64,000 nucleotides of DNA, from assembly GCF_018350175.1 (NCBI RefSeq), contig NC_058368.1, forward strand, positions 194,992,001 through 195,056,000. The letters are read 5' to 3'. The notes under the pieces were generated by a model that saw only the letters and a list, made by a program, of their open reading frames with translations, had not been told where the DNA came from and ran no database searches. The translations under genes and the position numbers were made by a program. This stretch comes from Felis catus (Eukaryota). Shown one piece after another: positions 62,770 to 64,000 of this stretch (position 1 is the first letter of the stretch; each line of letters opens with the position of its first letter).

Positions 62770-63650
62770 AATAGTCTGGAAGTAAAAACAGACAAATAGA
62801 TCCATAGAACAAAATAGCTAAGGAATATACCCACATATAAAGGGACAACTGGGATTTTTAACATAAATGCAGATAATTCGGTGGAAAAAGGATGCTCTGT
62901 TCAACAAATGGTGGAAGAATTGCATATCCATACATTGGAAAAAATGAACCTCACTTCACGCACCACATTAAGGTTACTCGAAATGGTTTTATGTAAAATC
63001 TAGAACTATAAAATCTGCATGACCTTGGGTTGAGCAAAGATTCTAGTTACACTGAAAACATAATCTATATGAACACTGATACTGTAGATTCTGTAAAACT
63101 TTCTGCCCTGCAAGACACTTTTAAGAGAATGAAAACACGAGCTAGACTGGGGGATAAATATTTCAAAGCATATATCTGATAGGAAAACTTGTTATCTATA
63201 AGAATTCTCATAACCGAATAACAATCCCATAAAATATGAGCAAAAGATATGAAAAAACACTCCACCAAAGAAATTATTTGAATGCCAAATGAGCCCATGA
63301 AAAATGCTAAACATCCTTAGTAATCAAAGAAATGCAAATTAAAACCACAGTAAGGTACCACTACACCTGTCAGAACGACCAAAATAAATGCTGACCGAGG
63401 TTGGCCAGGATATACAGAAACTCTCAGGATATACTCAAAATTCTGCTGGTGGGAGCGTCAAGTGGTGCAACCACTTAAGAAAAGTTAGCCAGTTTCTTAG
63501 AAAGCTTTATTTGTAACACCCTAAAGCTGAAAACCAACCAAACATCCATCAACAGGTGAATGGATAACATTTCGGTGTATTTACAGAATATAACTTTTTT
63601 CACAAGCACATATTGTATGATACAGCTTACATAAAAATTCTAGAAAACAT
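62770..63650 (+). mobile_element. Old L1M ORF2 remnant
   Basis: 'ttcaacaaatggtgg', 'aaaatgaacctcac' and 'gaaatgcaaattaaaaccacagtaaggtaccactacacc'. Confidence 0.8.
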
Positions 63651-63651
63651 A

Positions 63652-63816
63652 GGGGGCACCTGGGGGGGCTCAGTTGGTAAAGCTTCCATCTCTTTGATTT
63701 CAGCTCAGGTCATGATCTACAGTTCATGGTATGGAGCTCCATGCCTGCTTGGGATTCTCTCTCCCCCTCTCCTTGCCCCTCCACCCCCAAGCTCTCTCTA
63801 AATAAGGAAAGAGAGA

Positions 63817-63876
<60 letters not shown>

Positions 63877-63900
63877 AAAGAAAGAAAGAAAGAAAAAACA
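63652..63900 (+). mobile_element. CAN-SINE with a (GA)n/(GAAA)n tail
   Basis: Head 'ggggcacctgggggggctcagttggt'; (GA)n at 63822-63872. Confidence 0.85.
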
Positions 63901-64000
63901 AGGAGTCCTACTTAAAAAAGTGATGCAAATTGTTAACTGTCAATTCTAAGTACTAGGACGTTTAAGTCGTCTTTTTGCCCTATCTTAATAATTTATCAAA

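Overview
Mammalian genomic DNA, almost certainly from a felid (young SINEC_Fc-type tRNA-derived SINEs and a cat-type L1 3' end). Two genes converge tail to tail. On the + strand are the last four coding exons of the glycine receptor alpha-1 gene GLRA1 (1383-19701), including the tandem acceptor that adds SPMLNLFQ. On the - strand is the complete 11-exon coding region of G3BP1 (ATG at 58612, stop at 40272-40274; the exons sum to 1398 nt = 465 aa + stop), followed by a probably long 3' UTR. The G3BP1 first exon/promoter and the 5' GLRA1 exons lie outside the window. The rest is intronic or intergenic and contains about 25 CAN-SINEs, young and old L1 pieces, Tigger1, a Tigger2 derivative, MER20/MER33, several solo LTRs and microsatellites. 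I see no convincing new multi-gene system. The most unusual items are: (1) an ancient, degenerate ~35-bp YCAY-rich tandem array in GLRA1 intron 7, split by nested old insertions; (2) a ~940-bp (GGTA/GGTG)n tract made of 5'-splice-site-like words, starting at a 3'SS|5'SS junction; (3) a G3BP1 D169E change at a reported caspase-8 site; (4) a SINE whose target-site duplication overlaps a G3BP1 splice donor; (5) a 5'-inverted L1. Repeat family names and comparisons with human sequences are from memory, not from a database search.
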